Of a stretch of 64,000 nucleotides of DNA, positions 18,621 through 27,460 are shown one piece after another. Under the pieces are notes generated by a model that saw nothing but the letters and a program-made list of their open reading frames with translations, was not told the origin of the DNA and did no database searches. The stretch's first letter is position 1. The number at the start of each line of letters is the position of its first letter. The position numbers and the translations under genes were made by a program. The DNA is taken from positions 124,001 to 188,000 of the IMG/VR virus record IMGVR_UViG_3300020471_000004, one strand, 5' to 3'.

Positions 18621-19436
18621 ATGAGCATTACGCATCTTTTAAACTTACATATTGATACTTCGAATACTCTTTTGAAGGCTCTTTATGAACACGCAGATAC
18701 CTATAAAGATCTTTGGCTATTTGCAACTACTGACCTACAACTAGGTCTGTACCTGGAAGAAGTTAAGACCTTTGTAAAGTCTCTAAAGGATCCCAATAGT
18801 GTTAGGATTGATGTTCATTCTGATATGTTAGCCCTGTATTTAGATTTTGAAAAGTTCGGCACTTACAACCTAGACTTGTATTCTGGTTGTCACGAATTTT
18901 GGACAGAGTGCAGATCTTCTATTGACTTTGATCAAGAGTCTTACTGTAAGAAAATTATGTCTACTTGCCGCGCTCGTGGTATTCGTATAGGTAAACCTAT
19001 AGATAACTTATCTGAGATTGCCGAAGCTCTTGTGTTTAGAGCTATATACACATTCAAGATAGTTGATATGAAGGTAGCGCAAGAGCTATTTGGTTTTACC
19101 TTGAAACCTGCGGTAAAGCCTCTTGTTCTTGAAAGCATTCAGAAATCTAGCAGAAGCTTTGTTCGATGCCAAATTGCAGAGCTTATTCAAAGTAAAGACC
19201 AACAAGAATTTGAAAGAATGTTAGATCGTTTAGACAGTTCTTTAGAGACAGGAAAACATCCCCTGTCTTACGGAGAAGGTAAAGTTTCAGACCTGTTGGT
19301 TGAAGTCGAAGGTAAGGTAACTACTGTTCGACAAATGGACCCTAAAGACGCAGCTTGGGTAATATCAAAGATACTTCCTATAACTGCAATGACAAATTTT
19401 CTAAAGACCTTCGGTCCTAAGACTAAACAAGAGTAA
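18621..19436 (+). CDS. Hypothetical protein
   Basis: 271-aa ORF; AAGGA RBS. Confidence 0.75.
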   Translation: MSITHLLNLHIDTSNTLLKALYEHADTYKDLWLFATTDLQLGLYLEEVKTFVKSLKDPNSVRIDVHSDMLALYLDFEKFGTYNLDLYSGCHEFWTECRSSIDFDQESYCKKIMSTCRARGIRIGKPIDNLSEIAEALVFRAIYTFKIVDMKVAQELFGFTLKPAVKPLVLESIQKSSRSFVRCQIAELIQSKDQQEFERMLDRLDSSLETGKHPLSYGEGKVSDLLVEVEGKVTTVRQMDPKDAAWVISKILPITAMTNFLKTFGPKTKQE

Positions 19437-19441
19437 ATTTT

Positions 19442-19819
19442 ATGCCAGTAACTAAACCTGTTGTAGACACCAAGGCTCCTATTGATACAGATGCCTTTTT
19501 AAAACTTACCCTTAGGGACATAACTCTATCAATTATGGAAAACATTGATTCGCTTTCTAGCAGCGACTACGCAGGACGCATGTTATTGGCTTCTTCGGGA
19601 ATGAGTAAAGACAGTCCTTTGGATTTGCTTATCCAGGCTTTGACAAAAGAGTACTCTACTTACGAAGATATTGCTCGTAAAGTGCTTTCTTTTGACAAAG
19701 CTGAATCTTATAAATTTGTAAAAAGATGGTACACTACTATTTTAAATGTTCATAAAGACGAGTGGGAGGTGATGTACTCGCATACTTATTCTCATGTAAC
19801 TATTGTTTTAGGAAGTTAA
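19442..19819 (+). CDS. Hypothetical protein
   Basis: 125-aa ORF in operon. Confidence 0.65.
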   Translation: MPVTKPVVDTKAPIDTDAFLKLTLRDITLSIMENIDSLSSSDYAGRMLLASSGMSKDSPLDLLIQALTKEYSTYEDIARKVLSFDKAESYKFVKRWYTTILNVHKDEWEVMYSHTYSHVTIVLGS

Positions 19820-19846
19820 AATTAGACACTGACAAGGGGAACAAAA

Positions 19847-20344
19847 ATGTCTAACAAACAAATGAAAGTTTTAGAAGTAGCAAACCTTTTACGTTCACTT
19901 TATACCTCAGGTAAAAAGCCGCACCAGATAGCTTACCTGATTCTTTTGCATTACAAGAAAGACCTTAGTGTAGATGAATTCACGTACTTTATGGACGGGT
20001 TCTATACACCGAACGGTAAACCTCTTGATCGTACTAATGTATACGGCCACTTGTATGCACTAGACAAAGCCAACTATATCTACAAGCAAAAAATGCTTGG
20101 TGATTACGGTAAACCTTGTAACGTGTATTTTATTACACCTAAAGGACTGGATGTTATTCAGCCTATCCTTGACATGTGCGGTGATTGGGACACAGTTAAG
20201 AAGTCGAGCACTTTAACAGCTTTGTTTGGTACGCGACCTTCACCTGAGTACAAACCTATTTCTGAGGCGCTTCAACCAGAAAATAAGTCACTTACATCGG
20301 ATCAAGAGTCTGATTCAAAAACACTACAAAAGGAGACACACTAA
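19847..20344 (+). CDS. Winged-helix (PadR/MarR-like) DNA-binding protein
   Basis: RTNVYGHLYALDKANYI...KPCNVYFITPKG resembles the PadR recognition helix and wing (lY..L..L...G.I......Y.iT..G). Confidence 0.6.
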   Translation: MSNKQMKVLEVANLLRSLYTSGKKPHQIAYLILLHYKKDLSVDEFTYFMDGFYTPNGKPLDRTNVYGHLYALDKANYIYKQKMLGDYGKPCNVYFITPKGLDVIQPILDMCGDWDTVKKSSTLTALFGTRPSPEYKPISEALQPENKSLTSDQESDSKTLQKETH

Positions 20345-20375
20345 TTTAATTGGGATGACACATACGGTGAATCCT

Positions 20376-21155
20376 ATGCGAAAAATAATATTGCTGGCTG
20401 CACTGGTATCGCTTGTTGCCGGTGCCCAGCAAGACAAAGAAATTCTAATAAGCATACCGGAGGACTTTTCATTTCCTCTAGGGCAACAAGTATTGAACGA
20501 TCTTGCAAAACAGGTATACTCAGGTATACCTGTCCGCGTTTCTACTGAATATTTTCCTGACAGGCAATCTGCCTTACTAATAAAGCAAGGCAAGGTCCAC
20601 GGAGAGATATACACATCTAAAGAATTTTACGACTCTTCTGGCATCGAATATATCTCTGAACCTATAACCACTATTCGTATGGCGATGTTTTGTCTAGATA
20701 GGAACGAGTGTGCTTTTCCAGACAAAAACTTTATTTGGATTATTCCAAAAGGCTCTGGCGTAGCAAGTAGCTATTGCCTTGAGAATAAAATATTTTGCGT
20801 TAGCGTAGATAACTCTACCAGTGCTTTTGTAGAGTTACTTAGAAACTCAGGCAGCATTTTGCTAATGGACAAACTTAGCGCCGGAGGGGTTATATGCAAC
20901 TCAGAAATCGATAAGATATATTACCGAGACGTACCTGAATTAGACTCGCTTGCTTTTGTTTCTATAGGCGAAGGTATGTCAGAATATGTTACGGAACTTG
21001 AGACAAATATAAAAAAGCTTAAACGTGATGGAACTATAGATGCTGCGATACAGAGATTCTGGCAAGCTTTGTATGATTGCAACATTTCACCTATTAATGT
21101 AGATGATAGATTTCTACAGTTGACAGAAGGACTAGTTGATGTGGGCACCCAATAA
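20376..21155 (+). CDS. Secreted type-2 periplasmic solute-binding-like protein
   Basis: Signal peptide MRKIILLAALVSLVAGA; family-3-like segments FPDRQSALLIKQGKVHG and NIKKLKRDGTIDAAIQRF; alternative start ATG 20355. Confidence 0.6.
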   Translation: MRKIILLAALVSLVAGAQQDKEILISIPEDFSFPLGQQVLNDLAKQVYSGIPVRVSTEYFPDRQSALLIKQGKVHGEIYTSKEFYDSSGIEYISEPITTIRMAMFCLDRNECAFPDKNFIWIIPKGSGVASSYCLENKIFCVSVDNSTSAFVELLRNSGSILLMDKLSAGGVICNSEIDKIYYRDVPELDSLAFVSIGEGMSEYVTELETNIKKLKRDGTIDAAIQRFWQALYDCNISPINVDDRFLQLTEGLVDVGTQ

Positions 21156-21564
21156 ATATTATTTAGCGCTTCCTAAAGGTTTACCTAATGAACCTGATAA
21201 CTGGGTAAGCGTTAAGTATACCGAACTTGGACATTTTTATAAAGCAGGAAACACGCACACCTATTATCCAGAAGACTTTGAACAGGTTCTTACTTTGGAT
21301 TTTTACCGTGCGGTCACCTTGTGTAAGCACTACAAAGAAGTATACCAGCAGAAGAAAAGAGACCCTAATTCTGTAGAAGAGATTCTTAAAATTCTTACTG
21401 CCTTGAAAGATGACAGGGAAGGCAATACGTCTATTGCTGACTCTGACCAAAATCAAATGATTCTTAAAATATTCCGATTACTTGATAAGGTAGAGAAAGA
21501 TGATCGAGAGCAAATATCCTCTTGTGACTTTGGGCACAATATTAAAACACAACAAGAACAATAG
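21136..21564 (+). CDS. Hypothetical protein
   Basis: 142-aa ORF overlapping its neighbours. Confidence 0.6.
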   Translation: MMWAPNKYYLALPKGLPNEPDNWVSVKYTELGHFYKAGNTHTYYPEDFEQVLTLDFYRAVTLCKHYKEVYQQKKRDPNSVEEILKILTALKDDREGNTSIADSDQNQMILKIFRLLDKVEKDDREQISSCDFGHNIKTQQEQ

Positions 21565-22096
21565 TCCTTATTTGTTTACTATTGTTAGCGAAGACTACAT
21601 TAGTTTTCCTGCGACTTGTTTTTGGACAATCTGCGGTTTAGATGCCCAAGGTCACCCTGATTACAAGTACAAGGTCTTGCGCCCTAATACCCAGACTTGT
21701 TTTGAGCATGACGTGCCTGATGATGTTGATACTTGCTCTAATTGCGCGTTCTTGATAAAAGACTTGTATACTCATGACCTAGCACTTTTGGTTTTACCTA
21801 AAGACTACGCTGACCAGCTTCTTTTTACACAAGACGTTTATTATTCAGCTTCGGTAGCTATGGATAAAGAGTTACCTATTCATTGTAGTTTGAGGTTTAC
21901 ACCTTACGAGACTACCGAGTACTCTGGATTTACTTATGAGGTGCCTTTGAAATTCAGCACAAGCGGTATAAGTATAAAGAAATTTTTAAACCGGCATTTG
22001 CCTTTATGTAGTGCATCTTTCTATAAAAAGAATATGCTTGAGCATAGAGCAGATCACAACTTACTTTCTTTTACTGAGAGTATACGTGTTAGCTAA
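21500..22096 (+). CDS. Hypothetical protein
   Basis: 198-aa ORF; Cys/His cluster CFEH...CSNC. Confidence 0.65.
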   Translation: MIESKYPLVTLGTILKHNKNNSPYLFTIVSEDYISFPATCFWTICGLDAQGHPDYKYKVLRPNTQTCFEHDVPDDVDTCSNCAFLIKDLYTHDLALLVLPKDYADQLLFTQDVYYSASVAMDKELPIHCSLRFTPYETTEYSGFTYEVPLKFSTSGISIKKFLNRHLPLCSASFYKKNMLEHRADHNLLSFTESIRVS

Positions 22097-22106
22097 AACT
22101 GTAAAC
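22095..22106 (+). promoter_or_regulatory. Class-II motif AAAACTGTAAAC
   Basis: Exact 12-mer overlapping the upstream stop; recurs at 30625, 31241 and 53479. Confidence 0.55.
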
Positions 22107-22195
22107 TAAAGTAACAAAGCACACAAGCTAAGGATTTGTGCTTCAAATCAACGTATGTATAATGGAATTTGTTGTACGCCAAATAGAGAACTAAT

Positions 22196-22744
22196 ATGTT
22201 ATCAACCTATTCTTTAATAGTGGAAAACCAGGACTTGTTTTCTGCTCAAATTGCACAGGAAGTTTTTGGAGACGTAATAGCAGGTAACAATCCTAATCAA
22301 GTTATAGTAATTACTGATACCTCGCTGCGGAGGAAAGAGCTTACTTCAAACGCGTTTACTTGTTTAGGCGGCTTTGGTTTATTCGCGTCTTTCTTGGATC
22401 TAGACAGGTCTTTTCTAGAGAAAGACGCCGCTAGACCTGCTTTGGTTGCTTGCGCAAACCATGTAGCTAGCGGGTATGACTTTATTAAAGCAGGGCTAAC
22501 AAATTTTTATTTTATAGCTCCTCCTAGATGGACTACTTTGTATGAGCAAAGTAAGCTTGAAGCACACCTTGTGTCCAAGAACTCTATGTTATTGCATTTA
22601 ATGAGCAAGCTTGACCGACCGAGTGTTTTCGATTTTGAAGATATTTCTTTAACAATCGTCTGCAAGGACAAGCGAGTGTACGATATTGTAAAGAAGTGGG
22701 TAGACGATAAAAAGTATATACTATCTTCTAAAGGAGAATTATGA
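22196..22744 (+). CDS. Hypothetical protein
   Basis: 182-aa ORF; ATGA overlap with uvsE. Confidence 0.7.
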   Translation: MLSTYSLIVENQDLFSAQIAQEVFGDVIAGNNPNQVIVITDTSLRRKELTSNAFTCLGGFGLFASFLDLDRSFLEKDAARPALVACANHVASGYDFIKAGLTNFYFIAPPRWTTLYEQSKLEAHLVSKNSMLLHLMSKLDRPSVFDFEDISLTIVCKDKRVYDIVKKWVDDKKYILSSKGEL

Positions 22745-23757
22745 AAATAGGATTTGCATGTAAGTACTTTCATCCTGACCGAACTTTGCCTGCCAAAGCT
22801 CTCAAAGAGGAAGAACAAAAATACAACTTTAAATCTACTACTGCAAAATGGTTAAAGGATAACCCTAAACTTGCCTACAAGCGGTTAGAAGAAATTTGTA
22901 TCTACAACGCCGAATGTGTGGTTCGTTTAGTAGACCTGGTTAGTAGCTGGGCCGTGCCGCTAAGAATGTTACGCATAGGGAGCGATGTACTCCCTATGTA
23001 TACCCACAAAGATTTCAGAACTTTCTACAAAAAAGCCCCCTTTATGCAAGAAGTGGAAAACTTACTTGCAGCCGCAGGTCATCGTGCGAGAGCTGCAGGC
23101 GTCAAACTCTCAATGCACCCTGGTCAATTTTGTGTACTTGCTTCTACCAAGCCTGATGTGATTGCCAATTCAATAGAAGAATTCGAGTACCACGTAGACG
23201 TTATCCGAATGATGGGCTACGCCAAGTCTAAACTTGATTTCAAGTGCAATGTCCATCTTTCAGGTGCAGGTGGTGCCGACAAATTCCTATCTACTTACCA
23301 AAAGCTTTCAACCGAAGCCCGCCGCGTTATCACTTTAGAGAATGACGAGTACACCTCCGACCTAAACGACCTGCTGCCTCTAGCAGACTATGTAGGTATC
23401 GTGCTTGATATTCACCACTACTGGATATACAACCATTCTTTTATCTCCTCACAAGACCCTAGACTTGAAATAATAGAGCAATCTTGGCAAGGCAGGCGTC
23501 CCACTATTCATTACTCGTACAGCCGAGAAGAGCATTTAAAAGGTCTTACTGGCACAAAGCCTGACCTGAATGCTCTTGTATATTCAGGCATCCCTAAGTC
23601 TAAACTAAGAGCACATTCTGATAGTTATCCTAATCCTGCAATGAATAGGTATGCACTGGAGTTTCTGCCTCAATTTGATATTATGTGCGAAGCCAAGAAC
23701 AAGAATGAAGCAAGCACACTCCTATACAAGCAGGCGGTACGCGTAGGTGTACTCTAA
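22741..23757 (+). CDS. uvsE: UV damage endonuclease (UvsE/UVDE)
   Basis: MKIGFAC, RMLRIGSD, LSMHPGQF, EFEYH, ITLENDE, VLDIHH, AHSD and DIMCEAKNK motifs. Confidence 0.92.
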   Translation: MKIGFACKYFHPDRTLPAKALKEEEQKYNFKSTTAKWLKDNPKLAYKRLEEICIYNAECVVRLVDLVSSWAVPLRMLRIGSDVLPMYTHKDFRTFYKKAPFMQEVENLLAAAGHRARAAGVKLSMHPGQFCVLASTKPDVIANSIEEFEYHVDVIRMMGYAKSKLDFKCNVHLSGAGGADKFLSTYQKLSTEARRVITLENDEYTSDLNDLLPLADYVGIVLDIHHYWIYNHSFISSQDPRLEIIEQSWQGRRPTIHYSYSREEHLKGLTGTKPDLNALVYSGIPKSKLRAHSDSYPNPAMNRYALEFLPQFDIMCEAKNKNEASTLLYKQAVRVGVL

Positions 23758-23839
23758 CTGTATTAAGTCGGTACAAAACAGTATATGTTAATACTCGCTT
23801 AATTTGTTATACTTATTAAATGTTGCGAAGAAGCGCAGC
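23755..23839 (+). promoter_or_regulatory. Class-I promoter with covariant leader hairpin
   Basis: GGTACAAAA 23770-23778, 29 nt, TGT-TATACT 23808-23813, leader ATGTTGCGAAGAAGCGCAGC 23820-23839. Confidence 0.85.
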
Positions 23840-23861
23840 ATATTATTTAGGAGCATTTATT

Positions 23862-24173
23862 ATGGCTAAGCAAGTTTCAGAAAAAACCATGAAGTTTATC
23901 GCACAACGTTTGCGTGATGTAGCAGATACTAAACCTAACTTTAACTCTGAGTTGGTTGATCCTGAAAAGGATTTCGAAAAGTACCAAGACCTGGCTTTGC
24001 TGATTATCGAACCTGATATTCACGCAGAAGGGCCTGACTTCGATTCTAAAACCAATGAGTTTTACATGGACTGGCTACAGAACGATACAGACAACTGGGC
24101 GCAGTATATAAATAACCTGCTCGGTGCAGAGTGGGGAAGAATAGCCAAGTTCGTTTCAACCCACGGTTACTAA
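23862..24173 (+). CDS. Small acidic protein, paralog of 25096-25428
   Basis: AGGAG RBS; shares YxxLAxxIxEP...NxTDNWA...GY C-terminus. Confidence 0.8.
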   Translation: MAKQVSEKTMKFIAQRLRDVADTKPNFNSELVDPEKDFEKYQDLALLIIEPDIHAEGPDFDSKTNEFYMDWLQNDTDNWAQYINNLLGAEWGRIAKFVSTHGY

Positions 24174-24186
24174 ATAGGGGGTTAAC

Positions 24187-24369
24187 ATGAATTCAGAGAT
24201 TCAAGCCCGCAATATATCTAGCCTGTACTACCAGTTGGTTGATCGGCTTTCAGAATTAGAAAGCACAGGCGACAGCAACCATATTGACCTCAGTATTGTA
24301 ACCCAGTTAAAAAACAAAATGGAAAAGCTTGAACCTATAGTTACCCAAGCTAAAGAATCAATAAAATAA
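24187..24369 (+). CDS. Small hypothetical protein
   Basis: 60 aa; AGGGGG RBS. Confidence 0.6.
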   Translation: MNSEIQARNISSLYYQLVDRLSELESTGDSNHIDLSIVTQLKNKMEKLEPIVTQAKESIK

Positions 24370-24380
24370 AAGGAATTAAA

Positions 24381-24473
24381 GTGCGCTTATTAAAAAAGAT
24401 ACTTAAAAGTACTACATTTAATTTACTGGTCGTTATTGTTGTCGTCCTTTATTATCATACCTGTCTTGTGTAG
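24381..24473 (+). CDS. 30-aa single-TM peptide (not in ORF track)
   Basis: GTG start after AAGGA; MRLLKKILKSTTFNLLVVIVVVLYYHTCLV. Confidence 0.45.
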   Translation: MRLLKKILKSTTFNLLVVIVVVLYYHTCLV

Positions 24474-24594
24474 TAGGTTTTGAAAATACTAATATAATGT
24501 ATAGGGAGCAAGTCTGCTCCTGTTAAAATAACCCAAAGGATTCGCTTCACTATTCCTTTCTAGATACACCTAAAAAACAAGTTGGAAATAAAAT

Positions 24595-24999
24595 ATGGTT
24601 TATATTATTAAACCTATAGGCAGTCTTTACGTTTCCTTACGTGACTTTTTGTCCAAAGCAAATGCGATAAAGAACCTTGATAAAAAGCTGGATGCTTTAA
24701 GAGTAGAGTTTGAAACCAACGGTCGAAGTCGAGAATGGTTCAAAGCTGTCCGTTCTATAGTGCTTGACGTTGCTCGTCACAGAAAAGCTCTTGAGCCTTA
24801 TACGACCTCAACGCTTGCTACCTTAATAAAGATAGTTGGCCCTAACACCGTGCTTAATACGTTGGTAGACGGCAGGTATTTGAATAGACAGGTAGCAGAT
24901 AACCTTCTGTCTGAATATAACGAAACATCTTACATGGTAGACAAGAAAGTAAAGGACTTGCGCCTAGCTAAGTGTATCAAGGGTAACTTTACTAAATAG
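24595..24999 (+). CDS. Hypothetical protein
   Basis: 134-aa ORF. Confidence 0.65.
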   Translation: MVYIIKPIGSLYVSLRDFLSKANAIKNLDKKLDALRVEFETNGRSREWFKAVRSIVLDVARHRKALEPYTTSTLATLIKIVGPNTVLNTLVDGRYLNRQVADNLLSEYNETSYMVDKKVKDLRLAKCIKGNFTK

Positions 25000-25042
25000 G
25001 TACAAAATAGACCATTACGCAGAACACAAATTTTGCTATAAT
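24984..25042 (+). promoter_or_regulatory. Class-I promoter
   Basis: TAACTTTACTAAATAGGTACAAAA 24984-25007, 29 nt, TGC-TATAAT 25037-25042; degenerate leader TTGTTGTCGCAGCAAAGCGCAGC. Confidence 0.8.
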
Positions 25043-25095
25043 GTAATTGTTGTCGCAGCAAAGCGCAGCAATCAAACAAACTTTCGGAGATACAA

Positions 25096-25428
25096 ATGGA
25101 CGATATTACTTTAGACGGTCACTCAGCAATTGTTAATGCTATTCTTTCAAGTTGTTCGAGAGAACTTTCTGTTAGCTACGATGACCCAAGCCTTGAAACA
25201 TCGGTTAGCGGCGCCCTTGAAAAGGCGAAACAGGATGACTACGAAGATTATAGCCAACTTGCCCAAGTTATAGTTGAACCAACGTTTACTGAAAACCAAT
25301 CAGTTATCCAAGAAGAATATGCCGAGTATATCGAGAACAATACTGATAACTGGGCAGCCTGGGTACGCCAAACTTTTGGTAACGCTTTAGGTAATCTTGC
25401 CGATGCCGTAAACGAATACGGTTATTAA
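25096..25428 (+). CDS. Small acidic protein, paralog of 23862-24173
   Basis: GGAG RBS; DYEDYSQLAQVIVEP...ENNTDNWAAW...EYGY. Confidence 0.8.
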   Translation: MDDITLDGHSAIVNAILSSCSRELSVSYDDPSLETSVSGALEKAKQDDYEDYSQLAQVIVEPTFTENQSVIQEEYAEYIENNTDNWAAWVRQTFGNALGNLADAVNEYGY

Positions 25429-25438
25429 GTTATAAGCT

Positions 25439-25462
25439 AGTAGGCTTCTGTAGGAGTCTACT
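25439..25462 (+). terminator. Hairpin (possible terminator)
   Basis: AGTAGGCTTC/GGAGTCTACT stem with G-U pairs. Confidence 0.4.
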
Positions 25463-25468
25463 GACGTA

Positions 25469-25545
25469 TAACTTTACTAAAGTGGTACAAAACACCATAT
25501 ATACGTACCCCTGTAGTTTTGCTATACTGTATGCATGTTGTGACA
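25469..25545 (+). promoter_or_regulatory. Class-I promoter with ATGTTGTGA leader
   Basis: GGTACAAAA 25484-25492, 30 nt, TGC-TATACT 25523-25528, ATGTTGTGA at 25535. Confidence 0.8.
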
Positions 25546-25594
25546 GACAGCATACAAACTTTCGTTAAACAAACAAACTTAAAGGAAATTCAAA

Positions 25595-27439
25595 ATGGCT
25601 AAAGTTCAAACAAACGAAGCAATGGTTGGTAAGCGCATCAAACTAGAAGATGGCAGCCGTGTTAAAATCCTAGAAGCACAGGCTTCTGGTTACAAACTAT
25701 CTAACGGTGACCGATTACCTGCTCGTAAAGTTGAAAAGCGCGGTCGCAGTTTTATCGAAACTGATCTTACTATGCGTGACCTAGAAGATACAGGTGAAGG
25801 TTATGTTGTTAAGCCTGGTTCTGAGGAAGCATCACCTAAGAAATCAGCCACGCGCAATAAAACAACTGGTAAGAAGAAAACTACCAGCAAGAAAAAAGAA
25901 ACAGGTCGTACAACTCGCAACTCTAAAACCAAAACCAAAACCAAAACCAAGTCTAAGTCAAAAACAAAAGACTCGGAAGAGACGCGTACTAATCGTAAGA
26001 CTAAAACCACGCGTAACAAAAAGAAAGACGATGCCCCGTCTTCTAAAAAGACCGTTTCGCGCCGCCGTACTAAGGCGAAAGAAGAAAAGGTTGAAACTAA
26101 GCCAGCTCGTAACCAAGAAGTCGAGTTGAAAAACAAGTCTCAGATGGAAAAAATTCAAACAGCTATTCGTTTAGCTGTCGGTGAGATCTTAGCGCCTTAC
26201 ACAAACATTGATAGTCAGAGCACTTGTTTGATGGCTAATCCTCCGAAGAGCGCGTTCTCGGTAACGATTGAAGTTAAAACTTCTCTAGTTAAGCCTGAAC
26301 ACCACAGCCTAAGCTATTACAAAGCAATTGCTAAGGAAGCAGGTGCTCGAATCATTACGCTTAAACCTAATATTCAGGCAAAGATTGCAGAACGCCTTGA
26401 ACCTGAAGAGTCTGTACGTGATTCGTTTGTTTTAGAATACGGTGATATTCTTCTTGATGAAGACGGTACTACCAAGCTTGTTTATTCAGGTGTTAACGTA
26501 AGAGAAAATAAGTTTGTTCTGGTTAACATGTCTACCGAGCAAGTTATTGAAATCGGCTTATCAGGTTTTGATAGCCTAGATACTACTGGCGTAAACGTTA
26601 CAAGTCTAGGTATGACTATTGAAGAATACAACCAGGAACTTGAAAACGCTGCCGATGTTGATGATGACGAGTTTGCTATTGATTCCGATGAAGATAAAAC
26701 TCCGCTTGAATCTTTAGACTGGGACAACACTGACCACGAAACTTTAGTTGATTTGCTTTCGGATGTTTACACCGAAGAAGAGCTGATTGCTTTCGCAGAG
26801 CAAATGGACGCGTCCGAAGAAGAGCTTGAAGCACCGATTAGCGAGTTGATTGAAATGATCGTTGCAGCACAAAAAGAAGAGTCGGAAGACTTTGAAGACG
26901 CAGACGAAGAACCTGAGTCGGACGAGCTAGAGCTTGGTGATATTGAAATGGACGAAGATGATCTTGAAACAGAAGATGATCTAGACCTAGAGGACGCCGA
27001 AGACCTAGACGGTATAGAAGAAGTTGTCGAAAACAAACTTTCTATTCGTGAAATGGCCGCAGCGTTGATAGAGTCAGGTGACTATACGCCTAAAGGTTTG
27101 AAGCGCCTGTCTGATGATGAAATCGAGCAGGAGTATCAAGACCTAATCGGTGACCAGGAAGAAGAAGCTGAAGAGCTTCCGTCTCTTGAAGAAATGAAAG
27201 AGACTCTTCTGTCAGACGGTCAAGTAACACCTAAAGGCTTAAAGCGTATGGAAGACGAGGAGATTGAAAGTCTTTACATTGAAGTATACGGTGATGAAGT
27301 CGAAGACGACCAAGACGATGTAGATATGCTTTTCGATGCCGACTCTGTTGAAGACGAAAACGACCTTGACTTAGAAGGCGAAGATGACGATGAAGAAGAC
27401 CTAGATCTAGAAGGCGAGTTAGAGTCTGAATTTGAATAA
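25595..27439 (+). CDS. Polyampholyte protein: basic K/T-rich tract followed by very acidic C-terminal half with two TPKGLKR repeats
   Basis: 614 aa; KKKTTSKKK...KTKTKTKTK tract; D/E-rich tail; repeats at T498 and T545. Confidence 0.85.
   Translation: MAKVQTNEAMVGKRIKLEDGSRVKILEAQASGYKLSNGDRLPARKVEKRGRSFIETDLTMRDLEDTGEGYVVKPGSEEASPKKSATRNKTTGKKKTTSKKKETGRTTRNSKTKTKTKTKSKSKTKDSEETRTNRKTKTTRNKKKDDAPSSKKTVSRRRTKAKEEKVETKPARNQEVELKNKSQMEKIQTAIRLAVGEILAPYTNIDSQSTCLMANPPKSAFSVTIEVKTSLVKPEHHSLSYYKAIAKEAGARIITLKPNIQAKIAERLEPEESVRDSFVLEYGDILLDEDGTTKLVYSGVNVRENKFVLVNMSTEQVIEIGLSGFDSLDTTGVNVTSLGMTIEEYNQELENAADVDDDEFAIDSDEDKTPLESLDWDNTDHETLVDLLSDVYTEEELIAFAEQMDASEEELEAPISELIEMIVAAQKEESEDFEDADEEPESDELELGDIEMDEDDLETEDDLDLEDAEDLDGIEEVVENKLSIREMAAALIESGDYTPKGLKRLSDDEIEQEYQDLIGDQEEEAEELPSLEEMKETLLSDGQVTPKGLKRMEDEEIESLYIEVYGDEVEDDQDDVDMLFDADSVEDENDLDLEGEDDDEEDLDLEGELESEFE
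25925..25948 (+). repeat. (AAAACC)4 in-frame hexamer repeat
   Basis: Encodes KTKTKTKT. Confidence 0.7.
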
Positions 27440-27460
27440 GCCTGTACACCGGAGATAGAT

